64,000 nt of DNA, taken from a bacterium. Lineage in GTDB: Bacteria; Zhuqueibacterota; Zhuqueibacteria; Residuimicrobiales; Krinioviventaceae. Below the pieces are notes generated by a model. That model did no database searches. It had not been told where the DNA came from and saw nothing but the letters and a program-made list of their open reading frames with translations. Positions 30,131 to 40,237 of this stretch are shown one piece after another. Position 1 is the first letter of the stretch, and every line of letters begins with the position of its first letter. The stretch spans positions 1 through 64,000 of the forward strand of contig CAXXFV010000019.1 in assembly GCA_963674595.2 (NCBI GenBank), written 5' to 3'. Both the position numbers and the translations under genes were made by a program.

Positions 30131-31396
30131 ATGAATCCCAATATTGAAAAATCCTACGCATTGGCAAAAGAACAATATGCTCAACTGGGCGTCGATACAG
30201 ACGTTGCATTAAAAGAACTGGAAAAATACTCCATATCCATTCACTGCTGGCAGGGCGACGACGTCGGCGGATTTGAAACCCCGGATGCAGAACTTTCAGG
30301 CGGCGGTATTCAGGTAACAGGAAATTATCCGGGTAAAGCCCGCAACATCCCCGAGCTCCAGGCTGACCTTGAAAAAGTATACTCACTGGTTCCCGGCAAT
30401 CACCGGTTGAATTTACACGCCATTTACGGTGATTTTAAAGGTAAAAAGATCGACCGTGATGAAATAGGCACAGAACATTTTGACGGCTGGATAGAATGGG
30501 CAAAAACCAATGACCTGTTTCTCGATTTTAACGCGACCTGTTTTTCACATCCAAAAGCAGACAGTGGTCTTACACTGTCCAGTAAAGACGCCTCTGTTCG
30601 TAACTTTTGGATCAAACACATTAAACTATGCCGTGAAATAAGCGCTTATATGGGTGAAAAACTCGGCAGTCCGGCTGTGCACAATTTATGGATACCGGAT
30701 GGATTTAAAGACATTCCTGTTGATCGGTTAATATACCGTAAAATTTTATCCGATGCTCTGGATGAAATTTTTGCCGTTGAATATGATAAAAACCTGATGA
30801 AAGATTCCATTGAAAGCAAACTGTTTGGTATCGGCAGTGAAGCTTATGTTGTCGGTTCACATGAATTTTATATGGGTTACGGTATTTCACGAAACAAAAT
30901 GGTCTGTCTGGATATGGGTCATTTTCATCCGACAGAAACCATTGCCGATAAAATATCTGCCGTAATGCTTTTCTCCGATGAACTGATGTTCCACATCAGC
31001 CGAGGCGTTCGCTGGGACAGTGATCATGTTGTTATTCTTAATGATGATCTGAAAGCCGTTACAGAAGAAATAATCCGGTTAAACGTACCCGAACGTGTCA
31101 ACATTGGTCTGGACTTTTTTGATGCCAGCATCAACCGTATCGGTGCCTGGGTCACGGGTACACGGTCCACACTGAAAGCTATGTTGAACGCTTTACTGGA
31201 ACCGCAAAAGACACTTGTTGAACTGGAAGATAAAGGAGATTATTTTGGTCGTTTGGCCCTGCTGAATGAATTTAATAATTTACCATCTGGCGCAGTTTGG
31301 GACTATTATTGCGCGCAAAAAGGTGTACCCACCGGAACCGCATGGATTGATGAAATACAAACCTATGAAAAACAAGTTTTGTCAAAAAGAAACTAA
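30131..31396 (+). CDS. rhaA: L-rhamnose isomerase
   Basis: SIHCWQGDDVGGFE, TGNYPGKAR, RLNLHAIY, ESKLFGIGSE, DMGHFHPTE, VRWDSDHVV, GLDFFDASINR. Confidence 0.97.
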   Translation: MNPNIEKSYALAKEQYAQLGVDTDVALKELEKYSISIHCWQGDDVGGFETPDAELSGGGIQVTGNYPGKARNIPELQADLEKVYSLVPGNHRLNLHAIYGDFKGKKIDRDEIGTEHFDGWIEWAKTNDLFLDFNATCFSHPKADSGLTLSSKDASVRNFWIKHIKLCREISAYMGEKLGSPAVHNLWIPDGFKDIPVDRLIYRKILSDALDEIFAVEYDKNLMKDSIESKLFGIGSEAYVVGSHEFYMGYGISRNKMVCLDMGHFHPTETIADKISAVMLFSDELMFHISRGVRWDSDHVVILNDDLKAVTEEIIRLNVPERVNIGLDFFDASINRIGAWVTGTRSTLKAMLNALLEPQKTLVELEDKGDYFGRLALLNEFNNLPSGAVWDYYCAQKGVPTGTAWIDEIQTYEKQVLSKRN

Positions 31397-31405
31397 CCTG
31401 AATTG

Positions 31406-31433
31406 AGGGGAACGATGATCGTTCCCCTTTTTT
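31406..31433 (+). terminator. Rho-independent terminator between convergent rhaA and rapA
   Basis: AGGGGAACGA-tga-TCGTTCCCCT followed by a T-run. Confidence 0.8.
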
Positions 31434-31436
31434 ATT

Positions 31437-34238
31437 TCACGAATTGATTTTGGGGCCCCGATAAATCAAACGAATAGCATCCAGCCTGAGACGCGCCGTT
31501 TGCATTGCCTGTTGCAGTTGTTCCTTTTCAAAAATGTGGGCGTCAATTTCTTTTTGATCAATATGATCATTGACCTTTTTCAATGTTTGTAACCGGTCAA
31601 TTTCCTGATCTAAAACAGCCGCCATTTCCGATTCGTTGTTAGCAAGAATTTCTTTCATTTGAGTTTCAGCCGCCTTTTCACAGGAACGCACCATCTTTGG
31701 CAGCAGCTCTTTTATTTCCGGTTTTTCCAAAAGAGGCAATTCAGATAAACTGAATATTTTTGCCGTGGAGATTTCCTCATTATAGGGCGCCGATTTATTT
31801 TTGAGATTATGATTTACAAAAATACTTATTGGCGTAGGCGGAAAAAAACGATCAATATTTAACTTTTTGGGTGCCACACACTCAACAACAAAAAGGACCT
31901 GAGCCAACAATTCTTTCCGGCCGGAATCCAGCCATTGGGCCATGGAACAATTGCCCTTTTCAGATCCGATAATCAAATCAATAACCCCCATTACCATCGG
32001 GTGGTCCCAGGTTAAAAATTCAATATCTTCGTAACTTAAAGCGGTAGGCCGGTCAAATGTCACACGCAAGTCTTCCTGCCGTGCATCGGGCAGCGGAAAC
32101 TGTGGATCAGAGAGCAGCACCAGATTAAGCTGATAGGTACGGTCCCAAATCTCTTCCGGACGAATACCATACAGTTCAAAAACATGCAACATAAAATATT
32201 CCAGCGATGAATTTTCATCACCTGTGTGAATATGGTCAATAAGCTGTTGGGCCGCTTTTGGCTGAAAAGAACCAAGCTCTAAAAGACGGTCGCGTCCGGA
32301 TTCAACTTTATGGGAAATATCTGTGCGTACATCAATAGTTTTTTTAATAAAAGCTGCCAATTGAGAAAGCTGTTTGTTTTCAGCAATTTCAGTAATTTGT
32401 GTTCCAAGCTGTTGATAAATTTCATAAATACCGGGAACGTTTTTTTCAAAGGCATCCAATCCTTCATGATACCAGCGCGCCATAACTTCATATTCGCTGT
32501 TTTTAATATAGGGCACATGTATATGGATGGTACTTTTCTGACCGATTCGGTCAAGCCTTCCAATTCGCTGTTCCAGCAATTCAGGATCAGGCGGCAGGTC
32601 AAACAATACCAGATGGTGTGCAAACTGAAAATTACGTCCTTCGCTGCCTATTTCCGAACAAATCAGCAACTGCGCCCCGTCTTTTTGGGCAAACCAGCCG
32701 GCATTGCGGTCACGCTGAACCAGGGTCATTTCTTCATGAAACAATGCCAGATTGATATTGACTTTTTTTCGTAACGCCTGGGAAAGCGCAAACACTTTGT
32801 GAATGGAACGACAAATCAATAATACTTTATCTTTTTTCTGCTGCAGTAATTTTACCAGCCAGGGTAAACGGGGATCCTCGTCATACTGATATTGAATATC
32901 GATATTGTTCTTCATATCAGCTTGAAACTCTTGTGATAATAAGGACATGTCCTTTGTGCCATTATCCAGCGCTGACAGGTGAGCAACCCGTTTGGGAAAC
33001 CCGGAAATGGCCGAACGGGTGTTACGATAAATCGCCCGTCCCATACCGTGTCTGTCCAACAGGGCTTCAATTGCCTGTAAACGCGTTTTATCACTGGAAA
33101 ATGTTTCCGAATCTGAAAACTTTTCCGGTAGTAATTTACGGATGTTTTTTTGCTCGTTAATAGAAACAGGATTCGACAACTCCGCCAGTCTGGATACCAG
33201 GTCCGCAACTTTTAAATATTTCAATTCTTCTTTTTCGAAAACGTCAAAATCATAATAACGTGCCTTGTCCAGCAACTTTAAACGGGAAAAATGGCTGTGA
33301 TGGCCCAATTGTTCCGGGGTTGCCGTCAGCAGCAACAGTCCTTCGCTTGCCTGACCAAGCTGCTGTACCATTTTATACTCGGGACTGCCGTCGGTGAGAT
33401 GGTGCGCCTCATCGATAACAACCATGTCCCAGCCTGCCTCGGCTGCCATTTCCTGCCATAAATCCGATTCGGATAAAAATTCCACCGAACTCAGCAAAAG
33501 CTGATCGTCCAAAAACGGATTGCCGTCGGGATTGGTAAATAACAGCGAATCACAATATCGTTCATCAACAATACGGAAGGAAAGATTAAACCGGCGTAAC
33601 AGTTCAACAAACCATTGGTGCACAAGGGAAGAAGGCACCAGAACAAGCACACGGCTTATCCGGCCGCTTAAAAGCAAACGGTGCAAAATCAAACAGGCTT
33701 CAATGGTTTTACCCAGTCCCACTTCATCGGACAACAGGACGCGCGGTATATAGCTGGAAGAAACCTGGTGGGCAACATATAACTGATGAGGGATTAAATC
33801 AATACGGCCGCCTACAAATCCACGCACGGGTGATTTGCGAATATTGTAAAGCAGTTCCAGTGCCTGGTCGCGGCAGCGAAATTCGGCATTGCGGTCAAAA
33901 AATCCGCTGGTCAAACGCTCCAGCGGTGTTGTAAAACTGATGCTGTCGCACAGGTCTTTTTCAGAAATTGTGACGTTATCCCCGATATATGTTATAATAC
34001 CATTCTCTTCATCAAGCCTGGTTACCGTAAAACTGCGGTCATCACGGGTTTTAACCGTATCACCGACCTGAAAAACAACGCGTTTAATGGGGGCTGTGGA
34101 GACAGCATATTGACGCTCACACTCGCTGGCAGGGAAAAAAATTCGGACCATACGCTGGCCTATATCAATAATGGTGCCCAGCCCCAGCTCCGGTTCCATG
34201 GTACTGATCCAGCGTTGCCCTAATTCAAAACGATTCAT
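31437..34238 (-). CDS. rapA: RNA polymerase-associated SWI2/SNF2 ATPase RapA
   Basis: GQRWIS..EPELGLG N-terminus, LIPHQL, DEVGLGKT, DEAHH, LLTATPEQLG, CSEIGSEGRNFQFA, EQRIGRLDRIGQ, TWDHP. Confidence 0.93.
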   Translation of the reverse strand: MNRFELGQRWISTMEPELGLGTIIDIGQRMVRIFFPASECERQYAVSTAPIKRVVFQVGDTVKTRDDRSFTVTRLDEENGIITYIGDNVTISEKDLCDSISFTTPLERLTSGFFDRNAEFRCRDQALELLYNIRKSPVRGFVGGRIDLIPHQLYVAHQVSSSYIPRVLLSDEVGLGKTIEACLILHRLLLSGRISRVLVLVPSSLVHQWFVELLRRFNLSFRIVDERYCDSLLFTNPDGNPFLDDQLLLSSVEFLSESDLWQEMAAEAGWDMVVIDEAHHLTDGSPEYKMVQQLGQASEGLLLLTATPEQLGHHSHFSRLKLLDKARYYDFDVFEKEELKYLKVADLVSRLAELSNPVSINEQKNIRKLLPEKFSDSETFSSDKTRLQAIEALLDRHGMGRAIYRNTRSAISGFPKRVAHLSALDNGTKDMSLLSQEFQADMKNNIDIQYQYDEDPRLPWLVKLLQQKKDKVLLICRSIHKVFALSQALRKKVNINLALFHEEMTLVQRDRNAGWFAQKDGAQLLICSEIGSEGRNFQFAHHLVLFDLPPDPELLEQRIGRLDRIGQKSTIHIHVPYIKNSEYEVMARWYHEGLDAFEKNVPGIYEIYQQLGTQITEIAENKQLSQLAAFIKKTIDVRTDISHKVESGRDRLLELGSFQPKAAQQLIDHIHTGDENSSLEYFMLHVFELYGIRPEEIWDRTYQLNLVLLSDPQFPLPDARQEDLRVTFDRPTALSYEDIEFLTWDHPMVMGVIDLIIGSEKGNCSMAQWLDSGRKELLAQVLFVVECVAPKKLNIDRFFPPTPISIFVNHNLKNKSAPYNEEISTAKIFSLSELPLLEKPEIKELLPKMVRSCEKAAETQMKEILANNESEMAAVLDQEIDRLQTLKKVNDHIDQKEIDAHIFEKEQLQQAMQTARLRLDAIRLIYRGPKINS

Positions 34239-34481
34239 ATCACCTCTATGTTAATATCTGTTCAACAGATAATATAACACTATTAAATATAAAATGCACG
34301 ATTTGTTCAAACGTCCCGCATACCCTGCAACAAAAACAACGGTGATTTTTATTCAAAAAAATACGATATATCTAAAAAATTATAAATTGCAGCAGGGGTA
34401 AAATCTAATTTATTACAAAAATTCCTTGTGCTGTGAAGGTATATTTTGTATTATAAATTATTAATTAACGCTCTGTTTACA

Positions 34482-34597
34482 GACCGGTTGGATATTCCTA
34501 AACATTTCCCATTTGTTCAATTGAATGAATTCATTATCATGCCCATCATTTATATGGAATTAGTATTGATTAACCGGTTGTTGGGCGAAATGTTGAA
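34482..34597 (+). pseudogene. Decayed internal fragment of a RAYT/Y1 transposase
   Basis: Reads LDIPKHFPFVQLNEFIIMP, matching LGIPKHFPFVQLNEFVIMP of the 786-1436 gene, then a 1-nt deletion. Confidence 0.75.
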
Positions 34598-34649
34598 ATA
34601 TAAAACAATTTTATAACTCCAATCTTTCAAAACAGAAAGAAACCCTCCC

Positions 34650-35627
34650 ATGAAACGAATTAATATATTCATTATTATTCTGGTTCTGATTACTGCATTT
34701 TTTACGTCCTGTCAAAAAAAATATGACACAATTAAAATCGGCATGTGTTCGGACGTCCACCTGCCCACTATGCACGACTCCGAATACCGCATCAAAACGT
34801 TTATCGACAGCATGAAAATTGCCGATCCGGATTTTATCATTGAACTGGGTGATTTAGGCACACCTGCGGATAAATATGCCGGTTATTTTGATATATGGAA
34901 TTCATTTCCCGGTGATAAATTTCATGTTATCGGTAACCATGAAATGGATGGCGGATATTCTCGTCAGGATGCGGTTCAATACCGTAACATGGAAAATTCC
35001 TATTACTCTTTTGACAAAAACCGGTTCCATTTTATCGTTCTGGACGGCAATGATCCAAAAGATGAAAACGCCAAAGGATACAAACAATACATCGGCACAA
35101 AACAGTTCAACTGGCTGAAACAGGAATTGACCCGTTCGAAATACCCGATTGTTATTTTTTCTCATCAGGGTTTGGTGTTGTATCACAGCGGTGATGGTGA
35201 AGATTATGGTGTGGAAAACAGTCTGCAAATAAGGAAATTATTGGAAACGCACAATAACCAAAACCCAAAAACAAAGGTGATTGCCTGTTTCAACGGACAT
35301 ACCCACAATGACTATGCTGAGAACATAAACGGCATCTGGTATGTCACTATTAACTCCATGTCCTATAAATGGCTGGGTGAGGATTTTGAACACATTCGGT
35401 ACAGTCCGGAGGTGGACAAAAATTTCAAGTGGATAAAATATACCGGCCCTTACAAAGAACCTTTATTCACTATCGTAGAAATATCCACCAAAGGATATAT
35501 TAAAATTTACGGTAAAACAACGGAATGGGTCGGTCCCTCCCCCTGGGTAATAGGGTATCCCGATTCGTTTAAGAATTATGTCAAACCTGCTATATCACAA
35601 AGGTTACTGGAATTTGAGTTCAAGTAA
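34650..35627 (+). CDS. Calcineurin-like metallophosphoesterase lipoprotein
   Basis: DVH, LGD, GNHE, FSH, GHTH motifs; lipoprotein-like FTSC. Confidence 0.88.
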   Translation: MKRINIFIIILVLITAFFTSCQKKYDTIKIGMCSDVHLPTMHDSEYRIKTFIDSMKIADPDFIIELGDLGTPADKYAGYFDIWNSFPGDKFHVIGNHEMDGGYSRQDAVQYRNMENSYYSFDKNRFHFIVLDGNDPKDENAKGYKQYIGTKQFNWLKQELTRSKYPIVIFSHQGLVLYHSGDGEDYGVENSLQIRKLLETHNNQNPKTKVIACFNGHTHNDYAENINGIWYVTINSMSYKWLGEDFEHIRYSPEVDKNFKWIKYTGPYKEPLFTIVEISTKGYIKIYGKTTEWVGPSPWVIGYPDSFKNYVKPAISQRLLEFEFK

Positions 35628-35631
35628 AATT

Positions 35632-36534
35632 CTAGTTTTTTGGCAAATACGGCTCGACATGCACCAGCACGTCACCAATTTCCGGAATCTGGTCCTTAAT
35701 TTTATCCTTAGCCTGATGGCTTAGATAATGGGCCTCTTTTACAGCTAATTCCGGCTCGACTTCAATATGTACATCGATGTTATAATACATGCCCATCCGG
35801 CGTCCAAGGACTTTTTCCGCAGTATAAATTCCGCATATACTTTCCACCACTGTACGGATTTTTTTAATAATATCTTCCGGCGGCATGGTATCCAGCAGGT
35901 CTTGTGTGGAACTGATAATAACACGTACAGCCGCAAAAGCCATAATAATACCCACAGCAATAGCTGACAAATCATCTACCGCTGATAATTTTGTTCCGCC
36001 TATTTTCACAACAAGCGTTCCTATCAAAACACAGGCTGTTGCGCCGACATCGGTACGGTGGTTAATGGAATCCGCTTCAAGCGCCCGGCTGGAAATTTCT
36101 TTCGCCTTCTTACGCTGATAGCGGTACATATATTCTTTTACCAGCATGGATATAAATGCAACAATAATAACCGTTATTTCCGGCTGTTCGTCCACATTTT
36201 TAATATTTTGAAAAGCTCCGATAACAATGGCCCCGGCCGTTGCCAAAACAAAAACACCCAACAATCTGGCAATTTCGGTTTCAATACGTCCGTGTCCATA
36301 GGCATGTTCCTTATCAGCCGGCTTCGCGGCCAGCTTGAGGGCAAAATACATAATCAGAGATGTAGCTGTATCTGTCAGATTGTTAAAACCGTCAGCCAAC
36401 AACGCGAAGGAATGGCCCGTCCAGCCAAAAATTAATTTTGTTACAAACAGGATTAAATTTAAAAACAGGATATAGAGTGCGGCCCGTTTGGCAATTAAAT
36501 AACTGTCTCCCGGAGTATTGTTTTTTAATTCCAT
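35632..36534 (-). CDS. Cation diffusion facilitator (CDF) transporter
   Basis: SFALLADGFNNLTD, PADKEHAYGHGRIE, HRTD, C-terminal DVHIEV..VHVEP. Confidence 0.92.
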   Translation of the reverse strand: MELKNNTPGDSYLIAKRAALYILFLNLILFVTKLIFGWTGHSFALLADGFNNLTDTATSLIMYFALKLAAKPADKEHAYGHGRIETEIARLLGVFVLATAGAIVIGAFQNIKNVDEQPEITVIIVAFISMLVKEYMYRYQRKKAKEISSRALEADSINHRTDVGATACVLIGTLVVKIGGTKLSAVDDLSAIAVGIIMAFAAVRVIISSTQDLLDTMPPEDIIKKIRTVVESICGIYTAEKVLGRRMGMYYNIDVHIEVEPELAVKEAHYLSHQAKDKIKDQIPEIGDVLVHVEPYLPKN

Positions 36535-36547
36535 TCTTACCTCTTAT

Positions 36548-36575
36548 AAAAAAAGCCTCGTAAATCGAGGCTTTT
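36548..36575 (-). terminator. Rho-independent terminator after the OsmC gene
   Basis: AAAAGCCTCG-taaat-CGAGGCTTTT with a flanking A-run. Confidence 0.7.
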
Positions 36576-36599
36576 AATATAAAAAGAATTTTTCAATTA

Positions 36600-36977
36600 T
36601 CAAGCAGATATTGTCTTTACCTGAAATTCCGGGACACGCTCAAAATGTTTTTTAACAGCACACTGGTCAGCGGCACGGATAACAGCGTCTTTATACTTTT
36701 CAGGGAAATCCTGCGGTACATGGATGTCCAGATTAACTTTTTTAATCAAACCTGTCATTGGATCTGTTTCCATACTTTGTGAAATTTCAAGGTCTTCAGT
36801 CGGCAGACCTCGCTGCATACAAAAACTCAATACATAAATACCGGCACAGGTACCTATTGATGCAAGAAATAATGCAAAGGGCGGCGGCGCTGTTCCGTCT
36901 TGATTCGTTGGAATGACAAAAGGACCATATTCAGCATCTACTCTTAAACCACCGGGAAATTTAACTTTGAGATTCAA
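36600..36977 (-). CDS. OsmC family protein
   Basis: PPFALFLASIGTCAG..FPEKY..AADQCAVKK; TTG start with GGAGG RBS. Confidence 0.88.
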   Translation of the reverse strand: MNLKVKFPGGLRVDAEYGPFVIPTNQDGTAPPPFALFLASIGTCAGIYVLSFCMQRGLPTEDLEISQSMETDPMTGLIKKVNLDIHVPQDFPEKYKDAVIRAADQCAVKKHFERVPEFQVKTISA

Positions 36978-37086
36978 TTTAACCTCCGTATATTTAAAAA
37001 ATTAAATTCGTTATTTTCATATAAGATGTATATTACAATAAAAGGATTCAGTTCATTTCCGACTTTAATAAAACAGGACCAAAAAA

Positions 37087-37524
37087 ATGACAGCGCAGGA
37101 AGAAGCACAAAATATTTTACATTTGACTCAAAACAATATCATGCAATCTATGCAGATTGTTGAAACCCAGCTCAATACGCTTTACACACGAGCCCAAGTT
37201 TTGCTGAGCCTTGCCGGAATTGTCATAACTGTAACCGGTTTTTCCGGCCGTATTATTGCCGGTACAACCCTGACAGGACAAATTCTTATTATATCCGGGC
37301 TGGCAACCGTGCTTTTCAGCGCCCTTTGGGTTTACAGCAAAGTCATGGGAATTAAATGGATAACCGGCGAATTAAAACCGGATGCGATTGAAACACTTGT
37401 AACAATTATTGAACGCAGAAATAAAAAAACAAAGGCTTATTGCGTCGGCGGCAAAATTCTTGGCATTGGATTGTTTCTCTACTGCACGGCCGTTGCCACA
37501 ATGCTTTTGAATCCGGTTATGTAA
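37087..37524 (+). CDS. Hypothetical membrane protein (about 3 TM)
   Basis: Hydrophobic segments; AGGA RBS. Confidence 0.7.
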   Translation: MTAQEEAQNILHLTQNNIMQSMQIVETQLNTLYTRAQVLLSLAGIVITVTGFSGRIIAGTTLTGQILIISGLATVLFSALWVYSKVMGIKWITGELKPDAIETLVTIIERRNKKTKAYCVGGKILGIGLFLYCTAVATMLLNPVM

Positions 37525-37536
37525 AAAAGGTTGAGC

Positions 37537-38421
37537 ATGGAAATTTCATATACAACACATGTTCCCTTTCATCTTGAAGCGGTCGTTAAAACCCATGGCT
37601 GGTTTCAACTGGTCCCTTTTTATTGGCAGGAAGAATCAAAATCACTGACCTGGGCAATGCGTGATCCATCAGGCATCCCCGTGCTCGTTCATATTTTTCA
37701 AGACTCGTTTTCAGAAAAAAAATCCATTTTAAAAATTAAAACCGATATGGATATTTCCAAAGAAGCACAAACCCATATCATTAAAAAATTCGAACATGTG
37801 TTTCATTTAAATCTGAATCTTGATGAATTTTACACACTGTGTAAAAACAATTCCATATTAAAAGACGTGCCGGTTAAAGGAATGGGACGGTTGATGCGTT
37901 CCGAGTCGGTTTATGAGGATGTATTTAAAAGTATTTGCGGCACAAACATTCAATGGAAACAAGCGGTTAAAATCATCAATACAATCGGTTTACAGGGCGA
38001 GTGCGTTGCCGGAACAGAGTATCACGTTTTTCCGGGTCCACAACAAATTTTAAATTTGGGTGAATCGTTTTTAAGAGAACAGGGACGGGCAGGGTATCGA
38101 AGTAATTACCTGATAGCTTTGTGCCAGCGTATATTGGCTGAAAATAGTTTTGATTTACCGCAAAAGGACCTTGTTCCCTATTTTACAAATTTTAAAGGCA
38201 TCGGCAAAGTTACGGCCCGATACCTTGCTGCATTGTATGGTGATTTTTCAGAAATGGCGGTTGACAGCCTTGTAATTGCCTTTATGACAAAACATCACTT
38301 TAACGGTGAAAAACCGACGGAAAGACAAATTGAAGCATATTATGATAAATTTGGAAAATGGAAGTATCTTGCCTATTGGATGGAATTTATTTTAGCAGGC
38401 GGATGGAGTCCTGAAACATAA
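37537..38421 (+). CDS. HhH-GPD superfamily DNA glycosylase (AlkA/OGG-like)
   Basis: THGWFQLVPF, YEDVFKSICGTN, FPGP, AGYRSNY, HhH KGIGKVTA, catalytic-like AVDS, GKWKYLAYW. Confidence 0.8.
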   Translation: MEISYTTHVPFHLEAVVKTHGWFQLVPFYWQEESKSLTWAMRDPSGIPVLVHIFQDSFSEKKSILKIKTDMDISKEAQTHIIKKFEHVFHLNLNLDEFYTLCKNNSILKDVPVKGMGRLMRSESVYEDVFKSICGTNIQWKQAVKIINTIGLQGECVAGTEYHVFPGPQQILNLGESFLREQGRAGYRSNYLIALCQRILAENSFDLPQKDLVPYFTNFKGIGKVTARYLAALYGDFSEMAVDSLVIAFMTKHHFNGEKPTERQIEAYYDKFGKWKYLAYWMEFILAGGWSPET

Positions 38422-38954
38422 TGAAAAATAAACTATTACAATTGATCCAATATCATCAAAAAATACACAAATACGTCGAAATACAGGACATTTACAAAAT
38501 GATTTTTCAAGGGGTAATGGGAGCCGAACATATCATTAAAGATCCGGACCAGGCACGTACGCGATTATTGGAAGAATGGCAAAGATGTAATACCGACAAT
38601 GAAGAGGTTTTAACAGAACCGGTCAGTATAAACGACACTATTATTCGCGTGAATCTCCGGCCTTTAAAAGCTAAAGGTGATTATTTTAGCTCCTTTTTTG
38701 ATGCTTTTATAAAATCTGCGGATATACATCAAGGGAATAGAACGGAATTAATTTCATTATGGGAAATGTTTAAACTTTTATGTAAGGAAAAAGCTCTCAG
38801 CTTTTCACAGTCGTTATTAAAAGAGTTTGATGAACAATTAAAAAGTCAAAATTATCCGGCGAAACATCATTCGCAACTTTACCGCGAAGCCAACAAGCCG
38901 GCATACAGGATAGTAAACAAGACGATTTTTGAACAATATGTCCTGACGTTATGA
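38421..38954 (+). CDS. Conserved hypothetical protein
   Basis: QDIYKMIFQGVMGAEH, RVNLRP, HHSQLYREANKPAYRIV; start overlaps the glycosylase stop (TAATG). Confidence 0.75.
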   Translation: MKNKLLQLIQYHQKIHKYVEIQDIYKMIFQGVMGAEHIIKDPDQARTRLLEEWQRCNTDNEEVLTEPVSINDTIIRVNLRPLKAKGDYFSSFFDAFIKSADIHQGNRTELISLWEMFKLLCKEKALSFSQSLLKEFDEQLKSQNYPAKHHSQLYREANKPAYRIVNKTIFEQYVLTL

Positions 38955-38964
38955 GGAACAGACT

Positions 38965-40218
38965 ATGGGCAAAACGTTTGCGGAAAAAATTTTAGGCGAA
39001 AAGGCGGGAAAAGAGGTTGTACCGGGTGAAATTGTCCAGGTTTCACCGGATTATGCCATGAGCCATGACAACACGGCCGCCATAGCAAAAACCTTTGAAC
39101 AAATAGGCGTTCAGCAAATTGAAAATCCTGATCGTCATGTTATAGTTTTAGACCATTGTGTTCCGGCGGCAAATGAAAAATTTGCCCAGAACCATAAAGA
39201 AATAAGAGAATTTGTAAAAAAACACAACATTCCGCATTTTTATGATATTGACCGGGGTATCTGTCACCAGGTTTTGCCTGAAGAGGGGTTTGCCCTGCCG
39301 GGGAAACTGATCGTCGGCAGCGATTCCCATTCAACCACCTATGGAGCATTTGGCGCGTTTTCAACAGGCATCGGCCGCAGTGAAATGGCTGTTATATTTG
39401 CTACCGGGAAAATCTGGCTGCGTGTTCCCGAAACAATTAAAATAAATATAACAGGCAATCCGCCAAAAGGAATTTCTGCCAAAGATATCATTCTTAATAT
39501 TTTGGGAAAAATCGATGCAGACGGTGCCCTGTATAAATCCATTTTTTTTACCGGACCGGTTATCGATAAAATGAGTATTGCCGGACGAATGGTGCTGACA
39601 AATATGGCTGTTGAAATGGGCGCAAAAAACGGTTATATTGCTCCTGACGAAACAACCTTGAAATATTTAAAGGACAGAAAAAAGCAAAAATTTCAATGCG
39701 TATACGACGATGCAGATGCGGATTTTGAACAGGTAATGAATGTTGATGTGAGTAATCTGGAACCGCAAATCGCCTGTCCGCATACGGTCGATAATGTAAA
39801 ACCTGTTTCCGCTGTTGAGGGACAACGAGTTGACCAGGTGTTTTTCGGGTCATGCACCAATGCACGTCTTGAGGATTTTGAAATAGTGGCCAATGTTTTG
39901 CGCGGGAAGAAAATTCATTCTTCCGCCCGAATGCTGGTGATACCGGCGTCGAACCATGTTTATTTTGAGGCGCTGGATAAAGGTTATATTCAGGATATAG
40001 CCAGGGCAGGCGCCGTCATAATGAATACGGGATGCGGGCCCTGTATGGGAAACCATGAGGGTGTACCTGCGCCCGGTGAAATTGTACTCAGTACATCGAA
40101 CCGAAATTTTCGCGGCCGTTTTGGCTGTAAAGAAGCAGATGTATATCTATGCAGTCCATTAACAGCTGCCGTCAGCGCGTTGACCGGTCGCATAACGGAT
40201 TTCAGAACAAGCTTATAA
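38965..40218 (+). CDS. Aconitase-family hydro-lyase large subunit (homoaconitase / isopropylmalate isomerase, LeuC/HacA type)
   Basis: SHDN, DH, GICHQ, GSDSHSTTYG, GSCTNAR, CGPCMG, STSNRNFRGR. Confidence 0.92.
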   Translation: MGKTFAEKILGEKAGKEVVPGEIVQVSPDYAMSHDNTAAIAKTFEQIGVQQIENPDRHVIVLDHCVPAANEKFAQNHKEIREFVKKHNIPHFYDIDRGICHQVLPEEGFALPGKLIVGSDSHSTTYGAFGAFSTGIGRSEMAVIFATGKIWLRVPETIKINITGNPPKGISAKDIILNILGKIDADGALYKSIFFTGPVIDKMSIAGRMVLTNMAVEMGAKNGYIAPDETTLKYLKDRKKQKFQCVYDDADADFEQVMNVDVSNLEPQIACPHTVDNVKPVSAVEGQRVDQVFFGSCTNARLEDFEIVANVLRGKKIHSSARMLVIPASNHVYFEALDKGYIQDIARAGAVIMNTGCGPCMGNHEGVPAPGEIVLSTSNRNFRGRFGCKEADVYLCSPLTAAVSALTGRITDFRTSL

Positions 40219-40237
40219 TATTTCCGGAGAACCAATT

